Shown here in pieces: positions 21,021 to 31,125 of a DNA stretch of 64,000 bases; position 1 is the first letter of the stretch; each line of letters begins with the position of its first letter. Both the position numbers and the translations under genes were made by a program. The notes below the pieces were generated by a model. The model searched no databases, was not told the origin of the DNA, and saw nothing but the letters and a program-made list of their open reading frames with translations. The DNA is from Candidatus Latescibacterota bacterium (GTDB lineage Bacteria > Latescibacterota > UBA2968 > GCA-2709665), in NCBI GenBank assembly GCA_963667175.2, contig CAXXXF010000017.1, positions 32,001-96,000 of the forward strand. The letters are read 5' to 3'.

Positions 21021-21821
21021 ATGACAACCCGCCTTGGTGTGGTCTCTTTCCTGAACACACAGCCGCTCGTGCACGCCCTGGAGACCGGTCGAATCGAACA
21101 CAGCTTCGACTTTACCTACGACGTGCCGTCCCGCTGCGCGGAACGCCTTCACCGAGGCGAGACCGACGTTGCCCTCATCCCCTCCATCGAAATCGCGCGC
21201 GGACTCGATCCCTACAGCGTCGTGCCCGAGGTCAGTATCTCCTCCCGGGGTCCGGTCGGAAGCGTTCTGCTCCTGCTTCGAAGAGATCCAGCCGACGTCC
21301 GGACGCTTGCCCTCGACGCGAACTCCCGGACGTCCACCGTCCTCAGCCGCATCGTGTTGCAACGAAAACACCGGTGCAGGCCCGAGATCTTACACCAGCC
21401 CCCGGACGCCGGGCGCATGCTGGATCATGCGGATGCAGCCGTCATCATCGGAGACGCGGCGCTCGCCCTGGAGAAAGGGTCATATCGTGTCGTTGACCTT
21501 GGTGAGGCCTGGACCGCACTCACGGGGCTTCCGTTTGTCTACGCCTGCTGGACGGGAAGGTCGGACGCACTGAGTCCGGATCAGACCGGGCAGCTGATCT
21601 GCGCCAAGGCCCTGGGCGTCCGTGAGGTTCCGTCCATCGCAAGGACCTATGCCGCTTCGCATCCTCGATCCGCCGGATTCTATACCGACTACATGGCCAG
21701 GAAGATCCAATATGACTTCGGCCGGGCCGAACAGGAGGGCCTCAGCCTCTTTTTCAGATACGCCCTTGAAGCGGGTTGTGTCGAGAACATCCCGAGAATG
21801 CGATTCTACGCACAATCCTGA
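21021..21821 (+). CDS. mqnA: Chorismate dehydratase
   Basis: VSFLNTQPL, VPSRC, SRTS, IIGDAAL, DLGEAW..TGLPFVYA; clustered with mqnC/mqnE. Confidence 0.88.
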   Translation: MTTRLGVVSFLNTQPLVHALETGRIEHSFDFTYDVPSRCAERLHRGETDVALIPSIEIARGLDPYSVVPEVSISSRGPVGSVLLLLRRDPADVRTLALDANSRTSTVLSRIVLQRKHRCRPEILHQPPDAGRMLDHADAAVIIGDAALALEKGSYRVVDLGEAWTALTGLPFVYACWTGRSDALSPDQTGQLICAKALGVREVPSIARTYAASHPRSAGFYTDYMARKIQYDFGRAEQEGLSLFFRYALEAGCVENIPRMRFYAQS

Positions 21822-21857
21822 CACATCCGACCGAAAGTCGGAGGGAGGGACTCAACC

Positions 21858-22910
21858 ATGCCCAGAACCGGCCGCGCCTCGGTTCTCGTCGGCGAACGAT
21901 TTGAAGTCCGGGAGTTCCCGGTCCCGGAACCGGCGCCCGGAACGGTCCTGTTGAGACAGGAACTCGCCGGCATCTGCGGAACTGACCTGCACAACTGGGA
22001 ATACCAGAGACTGGACGACGAGATCATCCTGGGGCACGAGAACGTGGGGATCGTCGACAGACTCGGCGACGGTGTGACCCACGATCACCTGGGTCGTCCC
22101 GTCAGACCCGGCGACCGGATCGCCCTTGTGCCGGGCACGTCTCAAGGCGCGTACGGATTCATCCCTGCCGGAGAGCAGCCCTATCTCCGCGGCGGCTTTG
22201 CCGAATACATCTATCTCTGGAATCCGGAGACCGTCTTCTTCAAGACCGATCTGCCCGCCGAGGTCGCCGTTCTGCTCGAGCCCTTCACGATCGGCGTACA
22301 CGGCGTGATGCGGGCGGGGATCCGATTCGGAGACACCGTCGTCGTTCAGGGTTCCGGCGCCATCGGCCTTGTCACCCTCATCTGCGCGAAGGTCAGCGGC
22401 GCCGGCCGGTTGATCATGGTCGGCGGGCCCCCGGGACGCCTGGCGCTCGCACGGGAAATCGGCGCGGACGTCACGGTCGACATCGCCGACGTCCCGGACC
22501 CGGAAGTACGAAAGCAAATGGTTCGGGACGCCACGCCGAAGGGGGCCGGCGCCGACGTCGTCTTCGAGTGCGCGGGCTTTCTGCAAGCCATCCCTGAGGG
22601 TCTGGATTATCTCCGTCAGGACGGCACGTACGTCGAAATGGGCCATTTCGTAGACGTCGGTTCCTTCGAATGCAATCCCAATCGGATGTTCATGCGCAAG
22701 AACCTGCGTTTCGAAGCGGTCTGGGCGAGTTACCCGGAACACTTCGTGCGCGGACTTCCCATCCTGGAGAGGAACGAGTTCCCCTTTGCGGATATGGTCA
22801 GCCACACCATCCCGCTGGACCGCGTGCCCGAAGGCTTCAACGCCCTGGCCGGCAGCTATCGCCTGGACGGGAAGGACGCCATCAAGATTGCGGTGTCCGG
22901 AAGTCTGTAG
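21858..22910 (+). CDS. Zinc-binding alcohol dehydrogenase (MDR family)
   Basis: GICGTD, LGHE, EP and QGSGAIG motifs. Confidence 0.88.
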   Translation: MPRTGRASVLVGERFEVREFPVPEPAPGTVLLRQELAGICGTDLHNWEYQRLDDEIILGHENVGIVDRLGDGVTHDHLGRPVRPGDRIALVPGTSQGAYGFIPAGEQPYLRGGFAEYIYLWNPETVFFKTDLPAEVAVLLEPFTIGVHGVMRAGIRFGDTVVVQGSGAIGLVTLICAKVSGAGRLIMVGGPPGRLALAREIGADVTVDIADVPDPEVRKQMVRDATPKGAGADVVFECAGFLQAIPEGLDYLRQDGTYVEMGHFVDVGSFECNPNRMFMRKNLRFEAVWASYPEHFVRGLPILERNEFPFADMVSHTIPLDRVPEGFNALAGSYRLDGKDAIKIAVSGSL

Positions 22911-23002
22911 ACCTAACCCTGTGTCGACATGAATTAAAGTCGCGCGCCGACCGCACCATCAGGTCCGGCCGCATCGCGTACCGACATCCGACGGCAGACA
23001 CC

Positions 23003-24971
23003 ATGACGCTGCGCGCGCTCCTCGTCGGCCTGGCCATGGCCGTCTGGGTCAACCTATGGCCCACCTACTCCAGCCTCATCGCGCATTCCTCGCGCGCAGA
23101 CTATGCGCACCTGTCGGTAGCCCTGCTGATTCCCTTCGTTTGCCTGCTCGGACTCAATCTGCCTCTCTATCGTCGAGGACGCGGCCTGTCGGCCTCGGAA
23201 TTGCTGTCCATCTGCTGTATCGGAATGGTCGCTGCGACCATGCAGGGAGAGTGGCTCTCGGGATATCTGCTGGGCGTGGTTACGGCGCCCACCTATTTTG
23301 CGACACCCGAGAATCAATGGGCCGAACACCTGCTCTCCAGGGTCCCCTCCTGGACCATTGTCGCGGATCGAACGGCCGCAACGGGCTTCTACGAGAGTCT
23401 GTTCAAGGGCCAGGAATTCCCCTGGAGCGCCTGGGCGGCGCCGGTTTTCTGGTGGGGCGGATTCCTCGGTTCGGTGCTCACCGTCAGCTTCTGCCTGGTC
23501 GTCATTCTGCGCAAACAGTGGATGGACAACGAACGCCTCACGTTCCCGATCGCCACCGCCGTGCTGGAGCTCACCGGCGTTTCCGGTTCCGGGCGCAGCC
23601 TGGCCACCCTGGTCCGGTCACGCCTGTTTCCGGTTCGGTTTCTGGCTGGTCGTCGCCATCTTCTGCTGGAATATCGCGACCTGGTTCGTCAGGGCCATAC
23701 CCGTCCTGGACGTACCCATGACGGTCCTCAGCCGCAAGGTGATCCGGATCGGCGAGGGTTTCCCCTACTTTGCATTTTCCATCCATCCGATGACGATCGC
23801 GTTCGCGTACTTCACCGAATCCAGCGTCCTGTTCAGCATCTGGCTCTTCCACCTTCTGGCCATCCTGCAGGTGGGCGTCTTCAACCGCCTGGGCTTCAGT
23901 ATCGGCGGTTCTGATATGTGGTGCTCCTTCGATCCCGCCATCGGCTGGCAGAGCTTCGGCGGTCTCACGGTGTTTGCGGGCTGGGGGCTCTGGGTTGCCC
24001 GGAGCCACCTGGCCGCGGTATTCAGGAAGGCCTTAGCGCGCGGTGCGAGCGCCAGAGGTACGGGCGCAGTCGACGACGTCGACGACGCTAACGAACTCAT
24101 CTCCTACCGTACGGCGGTAGTTCTGCTCCTGGCCGGATGCGCGTACCTGCTCGTGTGGCTTTTCCGCGCGGGGATGGCCGCCGGCCCCCTGATCGCTTTC
24201 TGGTTCGCCACCCTCGCGCTCTACCTGGGTCTGGCGCGCATTATCGTGGAAAGCGGCCTCGTGTATCTGCGCGGCCCCATTACGGCGCAGGCGTTTACGT
24301 GGCACCTTTTCGGCATTTCCGGAATGGGTCCGCACAGCGCGGTTGCCCTGGGCCTGACCTACACCTTTTTCTGCGACGCAAAGACCTGGGCGATCACCGC
24401 CCTGGCCCACGTCCCCAGGCTGGGCGTGGCCATGCGGCCCGAACGCCGAAGGCTGCTGGCGCCCGGCGTTCTCCTGGGCGCCCTTGGCGGCGCCTTTTCC
24501 GTGATCGCCTTCATTCTCTACCACGGCTATTACGGCGTGGGCAGCTACAACTTCGGCGTGGTCAGCTTCAACGGCTCCGGCGACGGTGCCGTTGGCATCT
24601 GGCGTTATACGGCCGCCCGCATCCAGCAGGGGACGGCCGGCACAAGCTGGGACCGCGTCGGGTTCTTCGGCATCGGCGCCGCGTTCACCGGCCTCCTCGT
24701 CTTCCTGCGATACCGCTTTCCGGGATTCCCCATTCATCCCATCGGATTCACCATTTCCGCCTCCAACGTGCTCAGAAGCAGCGTCACCTCCATTTTCATC
24801 GCGTGGTTCACCAAAGCCCTTATCATGAGATTCGGCGGCCTCAACAGCTACAGACGCCTGACACCCCTCTTTCTGGGCATGTTCATGGGATACCTCGTAG
24901 GCGTGGGTCTGGGCGTCGTCGCGGACGTTATCTGGTTCAACGGAGACGGTCACAAACTGAATGACTGGTAG
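23003..24971 (+). CDS. Polytopic membrane protein (DUF6785/DUF6784-like), frameshift near 23628
   Basis: Many TM segments; LRKQW..ERLTFPI and FPIHPIG motifs; the two ORF halves join if one T in CTGTTTCCGG is removed. Family name is by recall. Confidence 0.65.
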
Positions 24972-25071
24972 GAAGCTGTTTCAAAATCCTGTGCGCCGAA
25001 TAGAAATCCTGTTTATCTTCAGTCGGCAATCCAAATCGGCCCGGCGCCACGCCTCTCCGAAGGTGCACCGC

Positions 25072-26637
25072 ATGACGTTCGACGTCCTCATCCGCAACGG
25101 CCTCATCGTCGACGGGACAGGCCGTAGAGACCCGTTCCCGGCGGATATCGCCGTACATGGCGACCGGATCGCCGCCGTGGGCAGCCTTTCGAACGTTGAG
25201 GCGAAACGGGAGATCGATGCCCGCGGCCACGTGGTCTGCCCCGGATTCATCGACGTGCACGTGCATTGTGAGCCCGCGCTGCTGACCGGAAACCACCGCT
25301 TTGCGGGTGTCGTCCAGGGCGTTACGACGCAACTCCTCGCGCCCGACGGCTTCGGATGGGCGCCGTTGTCTCCGGACCTGCGAGGGCAGATGTGGGAGTA
25401 CACACGGTTCGCCGCCGGATCGGCGGATCTGGACCTAACATGGGAATCCATTGAAGACTACCTGAACCTGTTTCCAGGGAACAGCCCCTGCAACGTCTAC
25501 CCGCAGGCGCCCCACTGCGCCGTGCGCCTGAACGTCTGCGGCTGGTCGCCCGGTCCCGCCACCGATACGCAGATCGACGCCATGGCCGACCTGGTGCGGC
25601 AATGGATGGAAGCGGGCGCGGGCTGCCTCTGCCTGGGGCTGGACTACCAGCCGAGCGCGAATTCCGACCTGCGCGAACTGGTTGAACTCTGCAAAGTGGC
25701 GGCGTCCTACGGCGGCATTTACGCGGCGCACATCCGCAACCACATTCTGGGCCGGGCGGATGCCTGGAAGGAGACCTTCGAGATCTTTCGGCAGTCCGGC
25801 ATTCCCGTCCACCATTCCCACGAGCGGGCCGACCGGGAGGGCGCCGAGCTTCTCGAGAATGCCGACAGGGAGGATATCGATCTCACCTTCGAGTCCTATC
25901 TCTATCCCGCCGGCATGTCGCACATGACCATTATGCTTCCCGTCGAGGACCAGGTCGGCGCTCCGGCAGACGTCCTGGATCACCTGGCGGACCCCGGTGT
26001 GAAGAAACGGGTCCTTCCCCATCTCCGCGGCTGGCTGGGCGCGTGCAACCAGGTGGTAGGCCACACCCGATCAGGACGCTACGTCGGCGCCACACTGTCG
26101 GACCTGGCCGCCGGGGCAGGCGTCGCCCCGGAGGACTTCGCCTACGATCTCATCCTGGAGGAGGAAGGCCTGTCCACGTACATTTTCCCGTGGCAGGACA
26201 CCCCCGAAAACAACGAAACCACGGTCAGGAATACCGCAACGCACCCGCGGATGATGGTCGCGAGCGACGGCATCTACAACGTGCGTCACCCCCACCCCAG
26301 GGGTTTCGGGTGCTTCGCCCGCGTACCAGGTGAGATCGTCCGCGAGAAGAACCTGATCTCTCTCGCGGAAGCCATCCACAAAATGAGCGGCTTCCCCGCC
26401 CGGCGATTCGGCCTTGCCGACCGTGGCGAAATCGCCGAAGGCAACGCTGCCGACGTCGTGATCTTCGATCCTCAGACCGTCAACTCGACCGCCACGTTCG
26501 AGAACCCAACCGGAGGCCCCGTGGGGATCCCGTACGTGCTGGTCAACGGAACGCCGGCCGTGGATGGGGGCGCGCCCACCGGCGCGCTTCCGGGCAAGGT
26601 GCTGCGCCGCAACGCCTCGCCGGCGAGCCGACCATGA
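25072..26637 (+). CDS. N-acyl-D-amino-acid deacylase family amidohydrolase
   Basis: DVLIRNG..DGTG, PGFIDVHVH, QGVTT, ASDG, HPRGFG.FAR, ADVVIFDP. Confidence 0.88.
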   Translation: MTFDVLIRNGLIVDGTGRRDPFPADIAVHGDRIAAVGSLSNVEAKREIDARGHVVCPGFIDVHVHCEPALLTGNHRFAGVVQGVTTQLLAPDGFGWAPLSPDLRGQMWEYTRFAAGSADLDLTWESIEDYLNLFPGNSPCNVYPQAPHCAVRLNVCGWSPGPATDTQIDAMADLVRQWMEAGAGCLCLGLDYQPSANSDLRELVELCKVAASYGGIYAAHIRNHILGRADAWKETFEIFRQSGIPVHHSHERADREGAELLENADREDIDLTFESYLYPAGMSHMTIMLPVEDQVGAPADVLDHLADPGVKKRVLPHLRGWLGACNQVVGHTRSGRYVGATLSDLAAGAGVAPEDFAYDLILEEEGLSTYIFPWQDTPENNETTVRNTATHPRMMVASDGIYNVRHPHPRGFGCFARVPGEIVREKNLISLAEAIHKMSGFPARRFGLADRGEIAEGNAADVVIFDPQTVNSTATFENPTGGPVGIPYVLVNGTPAVDGGAPTGALPGKVLRRNASPASRP

Positions 26638-26773
26638 CGCACGCCCCGTACCCGCACGGTGCGACGTTTCGGACCCGGCCGTCATCCGACGCGCGCGCCG
26701 CCGCCAGCCGTTCGTTACCGACGTGTGCGTTGCAGCCACTACAAATCGATCAGAATCGAGAGGATGTCCAGTC

Positions 26774-29700
26774 ATGCTGATGTTCGCCCTCGTGCTCGTC
26801 CTGATCCTTCTCGCACTCCGGCCGGACCCCGCCGGCGCGGACCCTGTCTTTCCGCCCGACCTGGACGATTCCGACGTGGAGCGCCTGCGCCGGAACCTCG
26901 AACCCGTAATCTCGTTGTCGGAACGCGAACTTCTGCGCCTCATTCCCGACCGCGCGGGCATCTATTTCGTGGACTGTCCCAACTGCGACGGCGGCGCGCA
27001 GGAGGGCCAGATCGACTGGACGATCGAAGACCCGGACCGCGTCTTCTGCAAATACTGCGGCCTGAAATATCCCAACGATAGATTTCCGGATACCGAAATC
27101 CTGAGCGTCGTCAATCCCGTGGGCGAGACACAGGAGTATCCGTACTGGGAGGACGAATCCGGGTACAGGCACTTCTTCCAGGCAAAGGGGTGGTACCTGG
27201 CGCGGGCCTGGTTCGCCGGGGCCGCCCATGACCTGGCGACGCTCTACTTTGCGACCGGAGACCGTTCCTTCGCCCGCCGCGCGGCCCTCATTCTGAACCG
27301 CTTCGCCGAGGTCTATCCCGGGTACTGCGTTCACCACGACCTGCCCTTCCGGCGGAAGATCATTTTCCCGGGCAGCCAGGGCTTTCCCTATCCAGTCCAG
27401 GATTACCGGGCTTCCAAGTGGGACTGGTGGGCCTATATGGACATACCGGAAAACCTGATCTACGCCTACGACCTGATCCGGGACAGCGGTGAACTGGACG
27501 AAACCATGATTCGTCGCATCGAGGACGGGTTCTTCCACGCCAGCGTGGCCTTCATCCGGGGGTTCCCGCCGGCGCTCGGCAACATGGATCCCACGCTTCT
27601 GCGCGGCATGGTCGCGGCGGGTCGGGTCCTGAAGGAACCCGACTACATTCACGACGTGGTCGACCGTATCTCGCGGCTCATCGCCGTCAACTTCCTCGTG
27701 GACGGGGTATGGCGCGAAGGCGCGATCTCGTACCACAACCAGACCATCGGCGGGCTGCGTCAGGTGATGGAGAGACTGGACGGTTACAGCGACCCGGACG
27801 GATACGTGCATCCCGCCGACGGGGAGCGTTACGACAATCTGGACCTGAACGCCCGTTTTCCCATCCTGACAAAGGCCGCGGGCATCCCAGCGCTTCTCTG
27901 CTATCCAAACGGCCGCGTGGTCCCCACCCACGACACCTGGGCAAAAGGACGGCGGAACGCCCCGGAATCGACGGGCCCCATGCTCCTTCCGGGCATGGGC
28001 CACGCCCGCCTGAGTACGGGCAGCGGAGACGACCGCACCCAGACGTACCTCCACTTCTCCGGCGGATACGGCCACCAGCACGCGGATCTTCTGAGCATCA
28101 CCCTCTACGCGCGCGGCCAGGAGCGCCTGAGCGACGTCGGGTATACCCACACGCGCCACCGGTGCTGGACGATCAGCACGCTGTCGCACAACACGGTTGC
28201 CGTGGACGGCAAGGACCAGGCGTTCGGCTCCGAAAACGCGCCCTCGGACGGCAACCTCCTGCTCTTCGTCCCGCACAGCGACACGTTCCAGGCGATCGAA
28301 GCCTCGGGCGACCGCGCCTATCCGGGCGTCACGTCCACCTACCGGCGGATGCTGTTACAGATCGGCCTTTCATCGGAACAGACGTACGTCGTCGACCTGT
28401 TCCGGGTCGCGGGCGGCCGTCGTCACGAGTACATCCTGGCAGGCGACGCGGACCACGAGGGCACGATCGAAACCGACCTCTTCTCCGAGCCCCACGGCGA
28501 GACGCTGCTCCCGGCGGGCGTGACCGCCACCCTGCCCACAGGAGAGAGCGTCCAGGGCGACGCCGGGGGACACAACCTGGGATACGCGTTCATTCGCGAC
28601 GTACGGCGCGCCGGAGTCACCCGGCCCTGGCGCGCTACGTTCACCAGCCAGGCGTCCCCCGAGGGTTTGGTCCGCGTTTACAGCCTGACCGGCCCGGGCG
28701 GAGACCTCTTCACGGCCCGGGCGCCCTCCATCCGGAATGCGGACGAGGACGACACCCGTCTGGACGCCGTCACCATGCCCATGCTGATCCATCGCCGCGA
28801 AGGCGAGAACCTCTCCACCCTCTTCAGCACCGTCCTGGAACCCAGCGGCGACCGTCCAGCCATCACAAGCGCGGAGCGTCTGGAACTGCACGGCGCCAGC
28901 GAAGAGGACGTCGCGCTCCGGATCGTTTCCGGCGACGTCACCGACTATATCCTTTCCGCGTCGGACGAGAACCGCACGCTCGAGTTCGGCGACCTCCGCT
29001 TCCTCGGACGCGTCGGCTTCGTCAGAGTACGAGGCGGAAAAGTTGAAGAAATGATCCTCGTCGGGGGCACGCTTCTCCAGAAGGGAAACCGCAAGCTCGG
29101 CGGCCGCGGCACACGCACGGGCGCCGTCCTCAAAACACTTCGCGAGGCGGCGGGCGACGACGCGGACGGGCTCCTCATCGACACGGAACTTCCCACGGGC
29201 GTGGACCTCGCGGGCCTTACCGCCATTGTCACGGACGGCGACGGGTTCACCTACGGGCACAAGATCAAAGCCATCCATCACCCGGAAGCCGGCGGCGCTC
29301 TGCTGGAGCTGGAGGATGACCCCGGGTACGAAATCACCGCGAAGGGCGGCCGCCTCCTGTTCTTTCCGGGCCGTTCATGGACCGGCCCGGCGACGATCGA
29401 AATCCCCACCGTGGCCAGCCTGCGCATCAACGCGTCCGACGTCAACGCCACCCGGACCGGCGACTGGATCAACCTGGTCCGCAATGCGCCGTTCACGCCG
29501 CGCGATACGTCCGAAGACGTGGTGTTTCAGGACAAACTCTGGATCAGCAACGCCTACTACCATTCCGGTATCCTCACCCGGGACCTCTGGAATTCGTCCG
29601 ACGGCATCAGCTGGCATCTGGTAAGCGAAGCCACGCCCTACGACGGCTACAGCGAAATGGTGGCCTACAAGGACAAAATGTGGGCCGTCAAGGCAAGCGT

Positions 29701-30319
29701 CTGGACATCGCCGGACGGCGTCGACTGGACCCGGGTGCTGGAAGAAACTCCCTTCGGGCCGAGGGGCTACGGCGAACTGGTGATCTACCGGGACAGGATG
29801 TGGCAGCTTGGCAGCGGCACCGACGTATGGCACACCGGCGACGGCGTCGACTGGACACGAGTCGGGTCCAAAGCCCCTTACGGCGACCGGTCCGCCGCCG
29901 CAGTGGCCGCGTACGACAACCGGCTGTGGGTGATGGGGGGCAGGATCGACGGGCGCAACGACCCGCCCGAAAAGGGTTACCCGCAATACACGACCCTGAA
30001 CGACGTCTGGTGTTCGGAGGACGGCGTCAACTGGACGCGCGTACTCGAAAACGCCCCCTGGTCGCCGCGGATGTGGTTTATTCCGAAGGTCTACGCGGGC
30101 AGACTCTGGATCATCGGCGGGTACGACAACGCCAATTCGGTGAACCTTGGCGACGTCTGGTACACCGAAGACGGCCGGGAGTGGCACGAATTCAAACCTG
30201 ATACCCGTTTTTCGCCCCGCCACGAGTCCACCTGCTACGTGTTCAAGAACAGCCTCTGGGTTGTCGCGGGCAATACATGGCCTGTCGTGAACGACGTCTG
30301 GCGGCTTACGCTTCCGTGA
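26774..30319 (+). CDS. Heparinase II/III-like lyase fused to a C-terminal Trp-rich beta-propeller
   Basis: Signal peptide, CPNC..CKYC, DGVWREGAISYH, GHQHADLL..DVGY, SHNTVAVDG; C-terminal repeats such as WTSPDGVDWTRV and LWVMGG. Confidence 0.7.
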   Translation: MLMFALVLVLILLALRPDPAGADPVFPPDLDDSDVERLRRNLEPVISLSERELLRLIPDRAGIYFVDCPNCDGGAQEGQIDWTIEDPDRVFCKYCGLKYPNDRFPDTEILSVVNPVGETQEYPYWEDESGYRHFFQAKGWYLARAWFAGAAHDLATLYFATGDRSFARRAALILNRFAEVYPGYCVHHDLPFRRKIIFPGSQGFPYPVQDYRASKWDWWAYMDIPENLIYAYDLIRDSGELDETMIRRIEDGFFHASVAFIRGFPPALGNMDPTLLRGMVAAGRVLKEPDYIHDVVDRISRLIAVNFLVDGVWREGAISYHNQTIGGLRQVMERLDGYSDPDGYVHPADGERYDNLDLNARFPILTKAAGIPALLCYPNGRVVPTHDTWAKGRRNAPESTGPMLLPGMGHARLSTGSGDDRTQTYLHFSGGYGHQHADLLSITLYARGQERLSDVGYTHTRHRCWTISTLSHNTVAVDGKDQAFGSENAPSDGNLLLFVPHSDTFQAIEASGDRAYPGVTSTYRRMLLQIGLSSEQTYVVDLFRVAGGRRHEYILAGDADHEGTIETDLFSEPHGETLLPAGVTATLPTGESVQGDAGGHNLGYAFIRDVRRAGVTRPWRATFTSQASPEGLVRVYSLTGPGGDLFTARAPSIRNADEDDTRLDAVTMPMLIHRREGENLSTLFSTVLEPSGDRPAITSAERLELHGASEEDVALRIVSGDVTDYILSASDENRTLEFGDLRFLGRVGFVRVRGGKVEEMILVGGTLLQKGNRKLGGRGTRTGAVLKTLREAAGDDADGLLIDTELPTGVDLAGLTAIVTDGDGFTYGHKIKAIHHPEAGGALLELEDDPGYEITAKGGRLLFFPGRSWTGPATIEIPTVASLRINASDVNATRTGDWINLVRNAPFTPRDTSEDVVFQDKLWISNAYYHSGILTRDLWNSSDGISWHLVSEATPYDGYSEMVAYKDKMWAVKASVWTSPDGVDWTRVLEETPFGPRGYGELVIYRDRMWQLGSGTDVWHTGDGVDWTRVGSKAPYGDRSAAAVAAYDNRLWVMGGRIDGRNDPPEKGYPQYTTLNDVWCSEDGVNWTRVLENAPWSPRMWFIPKVYAGRLWIIGGYDNANSVNLGDVWYTEDGREWHEFKPDTRFSPRHESTCYVFKNSLWVVAGNTWPVVNDVWRLTLP

Positions 30320-30383
30320 CGTGTGGATGCGCCGTTCCGGCATCGAACGGGTATCGCATGGAAAAGGATACGAGGCCGTAACC

Positions 30384-30818
30384 ATGTCTCGCGTCAAACT
30401 TGAACTCCCCGGGACCTTCAACTACGCCACCGACGTCCGGCTTCGCGTTTCCGACATCAACTACGGCGGGCACATGGACAACAATGCCGTCCTGTCGCTC
30501 GTCCACGAGGCCAGGGTACGTTTTCTCGAGAGCCACGGATTCACCGAACTGGACGTGGACGGGGTGGGCATCATCATGGTCGACGCCGTCATCCAGTACA
30601 AGTCCGAAGCGTTCTACGGCCAGACCCTGACCTTTCAGGTCGCCGTGGACGGCATGACCCGCATCGGATGCGACATCTATTACCGCATAACCGACCGGGA
30701 CACCGGCATCGAAGTCGCCCGGGCGAAAACCGGGATCGCCTTCCTGGATTACGCCACCCGGAAACCGAAACGGATGCCCGCGGGATTCCGGAACCTGTTC
30801 GCGGCCGAGGAATCTTGA
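30384..30818 (+). CDS. Thioesterase (4HBT/hotdog family)
   Basis: RVSDINYGGHMDN..HEARVRFL..YKSEAFYG. Confidence 0.85.
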   Translation: MSRVKLELPGTFNYATDVRLRVSDINYGGHMDNNAVLSLVHEARVRFLESHGFTELDVDGVGIIMVDAVIQYKSEAFYGQTLTFQVAVDGMTRIGCDIYYRITDRDTGIEVARAKTGIAFLDYATRKPKRMPAGFRNLFAAEES

Positions 30819-30843
30819 CAAGGTCAAGGCGGTTTTATATATT
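30815..30843 (+). promoter_or_regulatory. sigma70 promoter of tRNA-Leu
   Basis: TTGACA, 17 nt, TATATT, followed by a GC-rich stretch. Confidence 0.65.
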
Positions 30844-30888
30844 TCCTTTCCGGTCTGCGGGTTCCGGCTCCAGGCCCATGGCTCATGT

Positions 30889-30976
30889 GCCGAAGTGGTG
30901 GAACTGGTAGACGCGCTGCGTTCAGGGCGCAGTGAGCCTTGTGCTCGTGGGGGTTCGAATCCCCCCTTCGGCACCA
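30889..30976 (+). tRNA. tRNA-Leu(CAG)
   Basis: GCCGAAG/CTTCGGC acceptor stem, CTGCG-TTCAGGG-CGCAG anticodon arm, long variable arm, GTTCGAATC, encoded CCA. Confidence 0.97.
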
Positions 30977-30982
30977 AAAAAC

Positions 30983-31016
30983 AACGGGTTACGTCGAATT
31001 GACGTAACCCGTTTTT
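30983..31016 (+). terminator. Intrinsic terminator after the tRNA
   Basis: AACGGGTTACGTC-GAATT-GACGTAACCCGTT followed by a T run. Confidence 0.8.
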
Positions 31017-31125
31017 GTACTGTTGGGATACAGGAATAATCGGCTTTCAGCTTTGCGTGGAAGTTACGCCTCATGAGTCCGGGGTGTTACCTGCCTCCAC
31101 GGTGCGGTGTCTTTCCGGTAGACCC

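Noticed and set aside
30889-31020. tRNA-Leu as an island integration site
   Set aside because: It is followed by its own terminator; I saw no integrase or duplicated tRNA 3' end.
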